Shown here in pieces: positions 12,466-26,127 of a DNA stretch of 64,000 nucleotides. Each line of letters opens with the position of its first letter. Positions within the stretch are counted from its first letter, which is position 1. The stretch is from Octopus sinensis. Lineage: Eukaryota. The translations under genes were made by a program, and so were the position numbers. A model generated the notes under the pieces. The model saw only the letters and a list, made by a program, of their open reading frames with translations, was not told the origin of the DNA and searched no databases. The stretch lies in contig NC_043001.1 of the NCBI RefSeq assembly GCF_006345805.1, positions 11,160,001-11,224,000 of the forward strand. Direction: 5' to 3'.

Positions 12466-13088
12466 TGCATAATAGTTTGCTTGTTTCTATGCTCAGACTG
12501 GCCAGATCAAGTCTCTCACACCTATCCTACTCTGTCATTTTAAAAGTAAACCACCACATCATTGAAATCTCAAGACTACAGGATAATGCATGATTAATTC
12601 AAAATAATGTGCATAGATAAGATTTATTATTTGACAGAGTAATCTGAATGCTAAACGGTAAGTTGAGGCTTATATAAAAAATACGAGCAATCAGAAGCTT
12701 CTATGTGATCACTCATTCTTTCGTTTTTTTTTTGTTTTGTCTATACCAATATCTGTATGAACTAGATTGATATCATTTAATTTACAAACTCGTTAATCGT
12801 TAATTAATGAAGTTAACCTTTTCATTAACGATTTAAGTTTTAAGTTAAGTTTGGAAATCATTGTTGGACTCATTAACTTGCATTACATTTAACTTCTGTT
12901 AACTCAAGTCAACTTGAATTAACTTCTGTTAATTTCTATTCAATTGAAGTTAACAGATTTTTATAGTTTTGGCACTTTTTAAAGGTGTTTTTAAGTGGTT
13001 TTAGAACAAAATCTAATTTTCTGTTTTTTTTCTGTAATGAAAATTAATGTTAACAGTTTATTGATAACTTCCGTTGCATTAGGAAATA

Positions 13089-13376
13089 ATTAACTGATTA
13101 ACGGTTATTGAAGTTAACATTTTGGTTAACAGATTAATGGTTATCGAAGTTAACATTTTGGTTAACAGATTAATGGTTATCGAAGTTAACTTTTTGGTTA
13201 ACAGATTAATGGTTATCGAAGTTAAATTTTTGGTTAACAGATTAATGGTTATCGAAGTTAACTTTTTGGTAACAGATTAACAGTTATCGAAGTTAACTTT
13301 TTGGTTAACAGATTAACGGTTATCGAAGTTAACTTTTTTGGTTAACAGATTAATGGTTAATGAAGTTAACTTTTCG
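13089..13376. repeat. 36-bp minisatellite, about 8 units
   Basis: Unit GTTAACAGATTAATGGTTATCGAAGTTAAC(A/T)TTTTG. Confidence 0.95.
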
Positions 13377-13491
13377 ATTGGCAGTGCCCACCTTTGTTAA
13401 TTTACCATCTGAATTCCCATGCTTGCATTGGTCAGATGGAATTTATTGAATCAGATTTTTGCTCCAGCTGGATGCTGAGTCTACAGAGAGG

Positions 13492-13523
<32 letters not shown>

Positions 13524-13535
13524 TATATATATATA

Positions 13536-13930
13536 GGCGCAGGAGTGGCTGTGTGGTAAGTAGTTTGCTTACCAACCACATGGTTCTGGGTTCAGTCCCA
13601 CTGTGTGGCATCTTGGGCAAGTGTCTTCTGCTATTGCCCCGGGCTGACCAATGTCTTGTGAGTGGATTTGGTAGACGGAAACTGAAAGAAGCCTGTCGTA
13701 TATATGTATATATGTATGTATGTGTGTGTGTGAGTGTTTGTCCCCCTAGCATTGCTGGACAACCGATGCTGGTGTGTTTACGTCCCCGTCACTTAGCAAT
13801 AAAGCGTCAAAAGAGACCGATAGAATAAGTACTGGGCTTACAAAGAATAAGTCCCGGGGTCGAGTTGCTCGATTAAAGGCGGTGCTCCAGCATGGCCGCA
13901 GTCAAATGACTGAAACAAATAAGAAGAAAA
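13536..13930 (+). mobile_element. tRNA-derived SINE family 1, full length
   Basis: A-box TGGCTGTGTGG, B-box GGTTCAGTCCC, internal (TA/TG)n, tail stem-loop CAGTCA-AA-TGACTG. Confidence 0.9.
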
Positions 13931-14499
13931 AAAATATATATATATATATATTAATAATTTAATAAAAAATAAAGTAAAATATACGGTTATAGAAGGCGTC
14001 AATCAATAGGGAAAGAAGGTAGTGTATATTTTTATGTCTTAGAATAAGAAAAGAAGAGATTAATATAATATCATAGGGTATTGAGAAGGAAAAAAAAGAA
14101 AAAGAAAGAGAAGAAATGTGAATGTATATAAATAAATAAAAATGTCATATAATATCATATTTATCTATAATACTGCAATACAAAAAAATTTAAAGTTATA
14201 AAATTCAAATTAAGTAGAAGCAAACCGTAGTAATTATATATTAACTGAAGGTATCAGAAAGGGATAAATAATTTCTAAATATAATAATGGTAAATTATTG
14301 CTTTGGTTTATAATTATAATAATGAAATGAAATTTAATGTAAATAAATAAATAGAAAGTGTAGAGTAAGATGGAAGGAGAAAATATCAGAATACATAATA
14401 TATCCTTGCGTCCCTTAAGAAAATTTATTTCAAGCCTTTATGGTAAATAATAATAATAATAATAATAATAATAAACTATTTGATAGGAAAGAAATTTAA

Positions 14500-14860
14500 A
14501 ATTTCAGACATATGTATGTTTGTATGTGTGTGTGTATGTATGTGTGTATGTATGTATGTGTGCGTGTATGTATGTATGTATGTGTGTGTGTGTGTGTATG
14601 TATATATGTGTGTATGTATGTGTGTATGTATGTATGTATGTATGCATGTATGTATGCATGTATGTATACATGTATGCTTGTATGTGTGTATGAATGTATG
14701 CATGTATGTATGTATGCATATGTATGTATGTATGTAGGTATGTATGTATGCATGTATGCGTGTATGTGTATATGCATGCATGTATGTATGTATGTATGTA
14801 TGCATGTATGTATGTATTATGTATGTATGTATGCAGTCAAGTGTGTATGCATGTATGTGT
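14500..14860. repeat. (TATG)/(TG) microsatellite
   Basis: Direct inspection. Confidence 0.9.
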
Positions 14861-15100
14861 GTTTGTGTGTCTGTATTTGTCCCTCCACCACCATCGCTTG
14901 ACAACTGATGCTGGTGTGTCTAGGTCCCTTTAACTTAGCAGTTCAGCAAAACAGACTGACAGAATAAGTACTAGGCTTACAAAGAATTACCCCCTGGGGG
15001 TCAATTTATTCCACTAAAAAAAAACCTTTCAAAGCAGTGCTCCAGCATGGCCACAAAGCAAATGAGTAAAACAAGTAAGAAATAAAAGAATAAAAGAATA
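14860..15100 (+). mobile_element. SINE family 1, 3' half
   Basis: CTTGACAACTGATGCTGGTGTG ... GTGCTCCAGCATGGCC. Confidence 0.75.
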
Positions 15101-15282
15101 TGCAGTGCTCTGTGCATTACTTGCTTGACTTGCTTGAAACAGCAGCCAAATCTCCTTCAAATTGCTCCCTAACATGCTAAAAAGGGAAGAATCCAAGCGA
15201 TAAGCTCAATTGGATCTAATATGTCTCAGAAATAAAAGACAGGATAACCGGAGTAGGAACATTTCCAATAATCTATCTGTCC

Positions 15283-15820
15283 AACACCATCACCACCACC
15301 ACCAACACCACCACCACCACCACCACCACCAACACCACCACCACCACCACCACCACCACCAACACCACCACCACCACCACCACCACCAACACCACCACCA
15401 CCACCACCACCACCACCACCACCACCACAACAACACCACCACCACCACCACCAACACCACCAACACCACCACCACCAACACCACCACCACCAACACCAAA
15501 CCACCACCACCACCAACACCAACACCAACACCACCACCAACAACAACAATACCACCACCAACCACCACCACCACCACCACTACCACCACCACCAACACCA
15601 CTACCAACACCACCACCACCACCACCAACACCATCACCACCACCATCAACACCACCACCAACACCACCAACACCACCACCACCACCAACACCACCACCAC
15701 CAACACCACCACCACCACCACCACCATCAACACCACCACCACCAACACCACCACCACCAACACCAACACCACCACCACCACCAATACCACCACCACCAAC
15801 ACCACCACCACCGCTAACAA
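15283..15820. repeat. (CAC/CAA)n trinucleotide tract
   Basis: Direct inspection. Confidence 0.95.
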
Positions 15821-16084
15821 CAACTATAACGGCTTCTGTGGTGGTTGCTCGTAAACAATCAGGTCACATGACTGCTCGGAGTGTATCAGGTGATGCGATC
15901 TCTGAATTCTTGTTCCCGTACCATTCATTACTTTGGAAAATATATTCAGACTTGCTGTAGAATGCAATTATTGGTTGAGTCTAGTTTTGAATTGGTTTGT
16001 CCGCCGCCCAGTGTTACGTGGACTACTAATTACGAGTGGACATCGAAGGCATTGACAAACATGGAGCCATGTCATCATCGTCAT

Positions 16085-16220
16085 CATCATATATACATAT
16101 GTGTGTGTGTGTGTGTGTGTATGTATACATATATATATGTGTGTGTGTGTATACATATATATATGTATTTATATATGTATATATATATGTATGTATATAT
16201 ATATATGTATAATATACATA

Positions 16221-16252
<32 letters not shown>

Positions 16253-16567
16253 CATATTTCATATATATGTATGTCTATATGTGTGTATGTGTATATATGT
16301 GTGTGTGTGTGTGGATGTGTGTAAAATACACATATATACATATTTGTACGTATACATACATATTTGATATATATGTGTGTATGTGTATATATGTTTATGT
16401 GTTTGGATGTGTGTAAATATATGCATATATACATATTTATATGTATGCATACATACATACATATATAATATTATATATATATATATATATTATATAATAT
16501 ATATACATATATACATCTATATACATACAACACATATACACACACAAACAGATGTATATAAATATAC

Positions 16568-16602
<35 letters not shown>

Positions 16603-17356
16603 ATACATATATATACATACAGCATATGTGCATATGTATATGTATGCATATATCGTATGTATACATATGTATAGAAGAAAGACAAACGGTGATCTCTAGA
16701 CGCTGATATATGGTGAATCGATGGCATTAGTTGCTGCTGTCACTGCTGCAGCCGCTGTTGCTGTTGCTGGTGCCGGAGATAATGGCAGCGGTGGCAGCAG
16801 TCGCAGTGATAGTGGTGTTGGTGGTAGTGGCAGCGGCGAGTATAATAAACACAAGGAAGTAAACCAATAAAAGTGTGAGATGTTGTTTGATCAAACCCGA
16901 TAATGTTCGGTCTCACAGGTGAACATTACGGCGCTGTGACATTTATGGTGCAATGCTGTAGAATTTCATAACTGTGCAATCCTTAACAGCATGTCAAAAC
17001 GACTGATAAAAATAGTGATACAGACGCAGACGCACTCATAGATACACACACACACACATGCACATACACACTTCTTTGTAGACGTAGACAAATATGTGCA
17101 TATGTACAGGTACGTATGCCTATGTATTTATGGCACACACACATTTATATGTATGTATGTGTGTGCGTATGTATATATATGTGTGTATGTATATGTATAC
17201 ATATATAAGAGAGTGTGTTTGTATGTGTATATTATATATATATATATATATTTACAGTCACAAACACACAGACACATGCACACAGACATACATACATATA
17301 CACATATACACATACATGCACAGGTGCATGCATATATATATATATATATATAATAT

Positions 17357-17404
<48 letters not shown>

Positions 17405-17407
17405 TAT

Positions 17408-17444
<37 letters not shown>

Positions 17445-17560
17445 GTGTTGTGTGTAATATATCTGCCAGAAGAGAATGTGAAGCAGAGAGAGAGAGAGAC
17501 GGGAGAGGAGAGAGAGAGAGAGAAACATTATTATATATTATATGTGAATACATTATAGAA
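16085..17560. repeat. Compound TA/TG/CA/GA microsatellite region
   Basis: Direct inspection; short unique island at 16850-17030. Confidence 0.85.
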
Positions 17561-17667
17561 AATATGGCTGCTTTGACACTTTGACACCCTTTGGACATAG
17601 GAAGAGAGATATATAATCTGATAGGTGCGTTTGCATGTATTAAATTATATTGTGTATATATATATGA

Positions 17668-17701
<34 letters not shown>

Positions 17702-17824
17702 CACAATCAAGGATCGGCCATAATAGGCCATTCACCCACTAGAAATAACAGCCAAAGCTTCAACCGCAAATAAAAATCAATTCCGTAAATCAATTCCGTA
17801 AACAATATTGATTAATTATATATT

Positions 17825-17872
<48 letters not shown>

Positions 17873-18311
17873 CTGTAATGAGGTATCTCAGGAGAATCGT
17901 GTCTATGTATTTATATATTTATGTATGTACACACACAAGCATATATATATATATATAATATAGATTAATAGCAAATGTCTGATGTCTGTGTTTACATTCA
18001 ATCGAAAATAGAACTCTGTACATAACGTAGAGTATGTATCATTTATAAGAGTTTGAATCTTCTTGAATCATAACTTATATTTCTAGTTTGTTCAAACATT
18101 TTGAGTTTAATTTTATTTATTGTAGGTTTTTTTTCATGTTTCGCAATTAGTTCTTATCTTAATCAACTGAGGTGTCAAGACCTTCTCATCGTGTGGAAGA
18201 AGTGTCAGTAGGGTCATGCTGCCACAGCATTGTAAGCAAAGCAACAAAAGATCATGGGAAGAACATAGCATCTCATAAAAATTGTCATTGCCAGGTTAAC
18301 TATTAATTTCT

Positions 18312-18911
18312 TATTTCTTTATTGCCCACAAGGGGCCAAACACAGAGGAGACAAACAAGGACAGACAAAGGGATCAAATTGATTATGTCGACCCCAGTGC
18401 ATAACTGGTACTTAATTTATCAACCCCGAGAGGATGAAAGGCAAAGTCGACCTCGGCGGAATTTTAAATCAGAACATAAATACAGACGAAATACCTGTTT
18501 CTTTATTGCCCACAAGGGGCTAAACACAGAGGGGACAAACAAGGACAGACAAAGGGATTAAGTCGATTACATCAACCCCTGTGCGTAACTAGTCCTTAAT
18601 TTATCGACCCCGAAATGATGAAAGGCAAAGTCAACCTCGGCGGAATTTGAACTCAGAATGTAACAGCAGACAAAATACCTATTTCTTTACTACCCACAAG
18701 GGGCTAAACACAGAGGGGACAAACAAAGACAGACGTACGGATTTAGTCAATTACATCGACCCCAGTGCGTAACTGGTACTTATTTAATCGACCCCGAAAG
18801 GATGAAAGGCAAAGTCGACCTCGGTAGAATTTGAACTCAGAACGTAACGGCAGACGAAATACTGCTAAGCATTTCGCCGACATGCTAATGATTCTGCTAG
18901 CTCGCCACTGG
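18312..18911 (-). mobile_element. tRNA-derived SINE family 2, trimer
   Basis: One head plus three ~184-bp units; 17-bp TSD GTTAA(C/T)TATTAATTTCT at 18295-18311 and 18912-18928. Confidence 0.9.
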
Positions 18912-19234
18912 GTTAATTATTAATTTCTGGATACTTTCATAGTTTATTCATGTGTGTTGATCCTTTGTGTGTAGTTTGTTATTAACAAAGATTCCACAGT
19001 TAATATAGGCTTTCTTTTCTATATGAATACTGTATAACAGATGCTGTCATCACTTAATGCTGTTCCATTTGCTTTTGTGCCTTGTACTCTTCTATAAACC
19101 AGCTGCAATGTCTCCTTGTGGTAAATGGTTAATCAACCAATGAGAAAACATAGTTATTTTGTCTCCAACATAACAACTTGTGTCACAAATTTTACAGCTG
19201 TCATGTTTCCATTTTTTTTTTTATATATTATACA

Positions 19235-19627
19235 CTAGCAGTATCACCTGGCGTTGCTCGGGTTTGTTTCGACCCTTTAGAATTGGAATTTTTGAAAAGT
19301 GAAAATTTTGTATTATGTAGCTTGTTATTCTCTTTAAGTGAACATTTTTCTGGATGAAATACACCAAAAAATGGTGACACAGCAGTCAAAAAATCGTTAA
19401 AAAAATAGAGATTTTCATAGAAAAAAGCACCTTTTTGATATAAATAATTTTTGGTGTTAACATGGTCCGATTTGAATTTTATCTTCTGCAGAATAAAGAG
19501 CAAGCCTTCTTCTATCACACTCTCAATTTTGGTCAACTTGCACTCCAGGGTCTCGGAGGAGATAGTGTTAGTTAAACGCTACCAAACCTGCCATACACAG
19601 TCAACTTCAGCTTTATGTATATAGAGA
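19235..19627 (-). mobile_element. Non-autonomous Helitron family B, complete
   Basis: Minus strand starts A|TC, ends hairpin + CTAG|T; no TSD. Confidence 0.8.
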
Positions 19628-20082
19628 TTGGTTGTATGAAGTACATCCTGCTGGTTGCATGTTTGTGGTTTCACATCAATGAGAAGGTTTTCTAGTGTTT
19701 TAGTTAATCATCCTGGCCATCAGCTATTATGTGTGTTACATGTCGTGTCTTTTGGGATACACCAGTTCTGCTTTAGGAATTTTCTAATGCTATATTCATT
19801 TGCCTTATTAATTTGCAAATGTTGTGTGAGGTCAACAGACCAAATTAAGCCATGGTTCAGGTTGTGCAACCTCTGCTTATCTAACTATCTGCTTAGCTAT
19901 GTATCTAGCTAGCTTGTCATACAGCGAGCTAGCTGTCTGTGATTCATGTTTATATCAGCTTGAAATTTTGGCACCAGTCCAGCAATTTCAGCAGATGGAG
20001 GTAAGTCAATTAGATCAATTCCAGTACTCGCTTGGTATTTATTTTATTCACCTTGAAAGGATGAAAGGCAAAGTCAACCTGT

Positions 20083-20293
20083 ATCATCATCATCATTGTT
20101 TAACGTCTGTTTTCCATGCTAGCATGGGTTGGACAGTTCAACTGGGGTCTGGGAAGCCAGAAGGCTGCACCAGGCCCAGTTTGATCTGGCAATGTTTCTC
20201 CGGCTGGATGCCCTTCCTAACGCCAACCAATCCATGAGTGTAGTGGGTGCTTTTTACGTGCCACCGGCACAGGTGCCAGACGAGTCTGGCAAA
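20083..20293 (-). mobile_element. RTE LINE 3' UTR fragment
   Basis: (ATC)n tail and consensus end. Confidence 0.85.
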
Positions 20294-21038
20294 CCTATTT
20301 ATATATATATAGGTATGTACATATATGCATGTATTCATATATTATTTATATTATTATATATGTATATATCTTTCAGTTATATTACATTATTCATCACTAA
20401 ATTTAAAGTATTTATCCCTCATAAAACATATCACTTATGATGTATTAGGAATATAAACAGACACCAGAAATTTTGTGTGGTTTCTACTTGTTTCTTCTCT
20501 TACTTTCTCGTTGCTTTTACTTCTCTTTGCTAAAGAATTTAATCCAGAATCTTAGGTCCCTATATATTTCTTTCACTGGGATATTTTCACTGTACACATT
20601 CTTTGATTTTTTTATTGGCTAATATTTTGATTTTTTTTAAATACTCCTATCCTCCTTCCATGTGTTTTATTTGTCGAATTTGTCTAACTTTATAAACCAT
20701 TTCTATGGTTAATCTCCTCATTACTTTATAATCTTCCTAGCTTTTTTTATCATGTATCTGAGTACTTTCTAATGTATGTATTTGTATCTCAATATTTTTG
20801 TATCTCTCTTCCCCCACCCTCCTCTCTCTCTCTCTCTCTCTCACTCTTTTTAACATCATGATCATCACGATCATCTTTTTTTCCCATTCTGGCATGGATT
20901 GGTCAGTTTGACAAGAACAGAGAGCCGAGAAAGTGCTGCCAGGCACTATGTCTGCTTTGGCATGGCTTTTAGAGCTAGATGTCTTTCCTACTAACATACC
21001 CATACACACACACACACACACACATATGTATATGCATG

Positions 21039-21092
<54 letters not shown>

Positions 21093-21222
21093 CATACATA
21101 TATGTACACACATGTATGTGCATGTATATATGTATGTTTATCTTCAATGATGATGATGATGATGATATATACACACATATATATATGTATATCTATCTAT
21201 CTATCTATCTTTATATATATAT

Positions 21223-21722
21223 GAAGACCCGGCAGGACAAGTGAGACCATAACCCGTGGCCTCTACATGGGATGTAGCCAGTCCACTTATGCATACCTTT
21301 CCTTCTTGGGACACAAAACTCTACTGTGAAGACCTGTTGAGGCAAGGTGAAAAATCCAAATCAAAATCGAAATTGATCAACATCAATGGAAATTGAGCTG
21401 TGATACCAGTGCGTCGGCCGGTACATAAGAGAACCATCAAATGTGGCCGTTGCCAAGCGCCGCCCCGACTGGCTCTGCTGGTGGCACATAAAAAGCACCA
21501 TCCGAGCATGGCCGTTTGCCAGCCTCGCCTGGCACCTGTGCGTGGCACATAAAAAGCACCACTACACTCATGGTAGTGGTTGGCATTAGGAAGGACATCC
21601 AGCTGTAGAAACATTGCCAGATCAGACTGGGCCTGGGCAGCCTTCTGGCTTCCCAGACCCCAGTTGAACCGTCAACCCATACTAGCATGGAAAGCGGACG
21701 CTAAACATGATGATGATGATGA

Positions 21723-21726
<4 letters not shown>
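21223..21726 (+). mobile_element. RTE LINE 3' end including ORF stop (KTRQDK*) and whole 3' UTR
   Basis: GAAGACCCGGCAGGACAAGTGA matches ORF end at 31195-31213; (GAT)n tail; (TA)n on both sides. Confidence 0.9.
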
Positions 21727-21765
<39 letters not shown>

Positions 21766-21790
21766 TATATGTATTTTATAACATATATAT

Positions 21791-22100
21791 TGGAGACCCC
21801 CTTTAGTCACGAATAACCATGGCTTTGCACCTCTGAGGCACAAGTCTAGGCATGGTTGTTTATGGAAGACCAGCACGTGCTCATGCTTACCAGCCTCTCC
21901 TCTCCACACCACTGATCTTATCCAAGAGCAAAGGCTGATACAGCTTGGCACCAGTGACGTCGCAAACTCAATTCTACAGCTGAGGGAACTGGAACAACGT
22001 GAAATAAAGTGTCTTGCTCAAGAACACAGCATGCAGCCCGGTTCGCGTTTTGAACTCACATCCTCACGGTCGTAAGTTAGATGATCTAACCACTGAGCCA
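21791..22100 (-). mobile_element. tRNA-derived SINE (family 4)
   Basis: Minus strand TGGCTCAGTGG A-box, GAGTTCAAAAC B-box-like, CTTGAGCAAGACACTT core. Confidence 0.7.
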
Positions 22101-22165
22101 TATATATATGATATATATGTAGATACAAACTTATCAAATTTATCTATTTCTCAATGAATTAAAAA

Positions 22166-22228
22166 TATCCTTAAAAAAACATGTTTTAGCCCGAAGGCCG
22201 TGGCCATGCTGGGGCACCACCGCTGAAC
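22166..22228 (-). mobile_element. Very short CR1-type 3' end fragment
   Basis: Reverse complement of 27615-27680. Confidence 0.6.
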
Positions 22229-23007
22229 AAAAAAGAAATGTTAATTGATTTTCAACCCTTATTGAGGTCTTATCAGTGATATCTGTATCATCTGACCAAC
22301 CCCTGAGAAACAAGGAGCCATTCCACTTATACACACATCAAATCTAGTAAATGCAGAGAACTAATTCGCATATTAAAGTCATTAAAATTCTAATCGTTAT
22401 CAGAAGCCTTGTTTTTAAACTGGTAACAGTACAGTTCACACTGAACATGTTATACACAAGTTGTTTACGTATAGTAAAGTTCATACTAGTAGTCTGGATA
22501 AGTCAATCCCTGAGTGGTTATATAATTACAGGCTAACTAGTACATCACTAATAACATGGATTAGCCCCGAGCTTTATCAGAAGACTGCTGCATGTATGGC
22601 AACCGTTCCTCTCCTGAAGATTTTGATTTACCAAAGGAAACTCAATACTGTGTCTGGAGGTTAATTTAACATTCGTTTTATTCTTAACTATATTTTCTGT
22701 TTTCTTAATTAATTCCTATTTGTGTCTAACAACTGGAATACATGGAAAAAATGTTTGACAAGTTTGAGACATTGTTGGTTTATACATTACAGGCAAGCCA
22801 TCAAAAGACTGTGTTTTCTTCGCTATTTGTGACTGCTTCTATTTTTCTCTAGTGTTGCCAGGGGCAACAAAGGAGCTATGAGGACAGATGAAACTCGAGA
22901 CAACATTTTCGTAATTAATTAGTATTTATTTCTAGCTGTTGGGAATATTTACTGAAAGCTTAAACTGAGTCAGTGACATCAACAAATATTTTTTTATTCA
23001 TATTCTA

Positions 23008-23623
23008 GGTGCAGGCGTGGCTGTGTGGTAAGAAGATTGCTTCCCAACCACATGGTTCTGGGTTCAGTCCCGCTACGTGGCACCTTGGGCAAGTGTCTTC
23101 TATTATAGCCTCAGGCCAACCAAAGCTTTGTGAGTGAATTTGGTAAACAGAAACTGAAGGCGGCTAGCTGGCAGAAACATTAGTACGCTGGGCAAAATGC
23201 TTAGCCATATTTCATCTGCCGTTACATTCTGAGTTCAAATTCCACCAAGGTCGACTTTGCCTTTCATCCTTTCGGGGTCGATAAATTAAGTACCAGTTAC
23301 ACACTGGGATCAATGCAATCAACTTAATCCCTTTGTCTATCCTTTTTTGTCCCCTCTATGTTTAGCCCCTTGTGGGCAATAAATAAATAACAAACTGAAA
23401 GAAGAATGTTGTATGTGTGTGTGTGTGTGTGTGTGTGTTTACTTCTATCACTTGACTACCAATGTTGGTGTGTTTACATCGCTGTGACTTAGCAGTTTGG
23501 CAAAAGAGAACGATAGAATAAGTACTAGGCTTACAAAGAATAAGTCCTGGAGTTGATTTGTTTGACTAAATGCAGTACTCCAGCATGGCCGTAGTCAAAT
23601 GACTGAAACAAATAAAAAAAAAA
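23008..23623 (+). mobile_element. SINE family 1 with nested family-2 SINE (23157-23391)
   Basis: Family-1 core interrupted at AAACTGAAAG, which is duplicated around the insert. Confidence 0.9.
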
Positions 23624-23805
23624 TATGCTGCCAACAAACCACCTGTAACTATTTTCAACTCTTTGTTTTCTCATCAGTGATCCTTAACCCTTTTTTCCTA
23701 GGGATTCCTTTGCTTTTTATTTCGCTTGGGTCGACCCCTGTAGTGATTTGATGCTTAAAAAAAATTCCATTGTATTTTTATAACCAAATATTATAAGGAT
23801 TATAA

Positions 23806-24003
23806 GTCATGTGGCTTAGTAGTTAAGATATCCAGTTGACAATCGTAAAGTCATGAGTTCGAAAACCAGCAGGGCATTGTGCATTTGAGCAGGACACTTT
23901 ATTTCATGTTGCTCCAGTCCACTCAGCTAGTAAAAGTGAGTCGTACCTGTATTTCAAAGGGCCAGCTGTGTCACATTCTGGGTCACACTGAATCTCACTG
24001 AGA
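23806..24003 (+). mobile_element. Older tRNA-derived SINE (family 3) 5' part
   Basis: TGGCTTAGTAG, GAGTTCGAAA, TTGAGCAGGACACTT. Confidence 0.6.
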
Positions 24004-24125
24004 AAAAAAAACCCATTGCTTATTATAATACACCTGCTTGTTGTTTATACACCTGTCTTCGTCTTTTGCTGTATATGTATACATGTGTGTATATATGTGT
24101 ATGTATGTGTGTATATATATATATA

Positions 24126-24528
24126 GGTGCAGGTGTGGCTGTGTGGTAAGTAGCTTGCTAACCAACCACGTGGTTCCGGTTCAGCCCACTGCGTGGCATC
24201 TTGGCAAGTGTCTTCTGTATAGCCCCGGGCCGACAAATGCCTTGTGAGTGGATTTGGTAGACGGAAACTGAAAGAAGCCTGTCGTATATATATATGTATA
24301 TATATGTGTGTGTTTGTGTGTGTGTTTGTTCCCCCCTAGTATTGCTTGACAACCGATGCTGGTGTGTTTACGTCCCCGTCACTAGCGGTTCGGCAAAGAG
24401 ACCGATAGAATAAGTACTGGGCTTACAAAAAATAAGTCCCGGGGTCGATTTGCTCGACTAAAGGCGGTGCTCCAGCATGGCCGCAGTCAAAATGACTGAA
24501 ACAAGTAAAAGAGTAAAGTGTAAAGAGT
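24126..24528 (+). mobile_element. SINE family 1, full length
   Basis: Complete consensus structure. Confidence 0.9.
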
Positions 24529-24669
24529 ATATGTGTGTGTCTGTTTATATATATGTATATATATATATGTATATATATGTGTATATATATATATATGTGT
24601 GTATGTATATATATATATATATGGATAGATAGGTAGATAGATATGAAGATATATGTATGTATATATATA

Positions 24670-24726
24670 CATCATCATCATCATCATCGTTTAACGTCCG
24701 CTTTCCATGCTAGCATGGGTTGGATG
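24670..24726 (-). mobile_element. Extreme 3' tip of RTE LINE
   Basis: (ATC)nGTTTAACGTCCGCTTTCCATGCTAGCATGGGTTGG. Confidence 0.8.
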
Positions 24727-24805
24727 CAATTCATACATATTGCTTATTATATTATGTATTATACATATTTCATTGGAAACATCTTTTCACGTATTTTCTC
24801 AGATA

Positions 24806-25133
24806 CGTCTGGCACCTGTGTCGGTGACACATAAGAAAACACCATCCGAGCGTGGCCGTCAGCCAGCCTCGTCTGGCACCTGTGTCGGTGGCACATAAAA
24901 AACACCATCCGAGCGTGGCGTCTGCCAGCCTCGTCTGGCACCTGTGTTGGTGGCACATAAAATCACCCACTACACCCGGAGTGGTTGGCGTTAGAAGGGG
25001 GCATCCAGCTGTAGAAACACTGCAGATCTGACTGGCCTGGTGCAGCCTTCGGGCTTGCCAGACCCCAGTTGAACCGTCCAAACCATGCTAGCATGGAAAG
25101 CGGACGTTAAACGATGATGATGATGATGATGAT
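24806..25133 (+). mobile_element. RTE LINE 3' UTR fragment
   Basis: Three internal repeats, consensus end, (GAT)n. Confidence 0.85.
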
Positions 25134-25529
25134 TTTACGATATTTCATTAAATATGGTATTATATTTTATCATACCTGTTATATATTATATCATTTTCTT
25201 TCTTCCATTCTCTCATTATTACGAATATTATACACAACACCATTATATTTTGATTGCCTATATTACATATACATACATCGAATTACTCTATATTGCATGT
25301 GTACATTTTGGTAGCACACACACACAAGCACATATACACACACACAAATATATTACTGTATATATGTGTGGTGTTCTTATACATTAGACGTTGTATATTA
25401 TGCATGATTATATATTATCCATTATGTTGGACATATTATTATTTATCGTATATTTTACATTTACAATTCAGTTTCTTATTATTACATCCATTATCTTCAT
25501 CTCATACCTACTTCACATGGATGTCCCAG

Positions 25530-25569
25530 CGGATGCATGCGTATACATGAGTGTATATATGAGTGTGTG

Positions 25570-25619
<50 letters not shown>

Positions 25620-25743
25620 ATGTGTGTGTGTATGTATGTGTGTGTGTATGTATATATATATATATGTATATATATGTATATATATGTGTGTATGTATGTA
25701 TATATAAATGTACGTATATATATATATATATACATCTATATAT

Positions 25744-25776
<33 letters not shown>

Positions 25777-26094
25777 CATATATATACATATATACATACA
25801 TGCACACACAAACAACACACACACATTATAATATTATCTGTACACTCATATATGTATGTGTATATATATATATTATATATATATATGGTATGTATATATG
25901 TATATTATAGAATGTATGTATATATATATATATATGTATATATGTTATAATGTATATATGTATATATGGTATATATGTATATATATTATGTATATATGTA
26001 TATATATAAGTATCTATGTATATTATATATATGTATGTATGTATATATATATATGTGTGTATGTATGTGTAATATATATAAATATATGTCTATG

Positions 26095-26127
<33 letters not shown>

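Noticed and set aside
13089-13376. CRISPR-like 36-bp repeats
   Set aside because: Units are contiguous with no unique spacers, no cas genes, eukaryotic context
15210-15854. 214-aa poly-His/poly-Thr mucin-like ORF
   Set aside because: Entirely (CAC/CAA)n microsatellite; the His-to-Thr change is just a repeat phase shift; no splice or homology support
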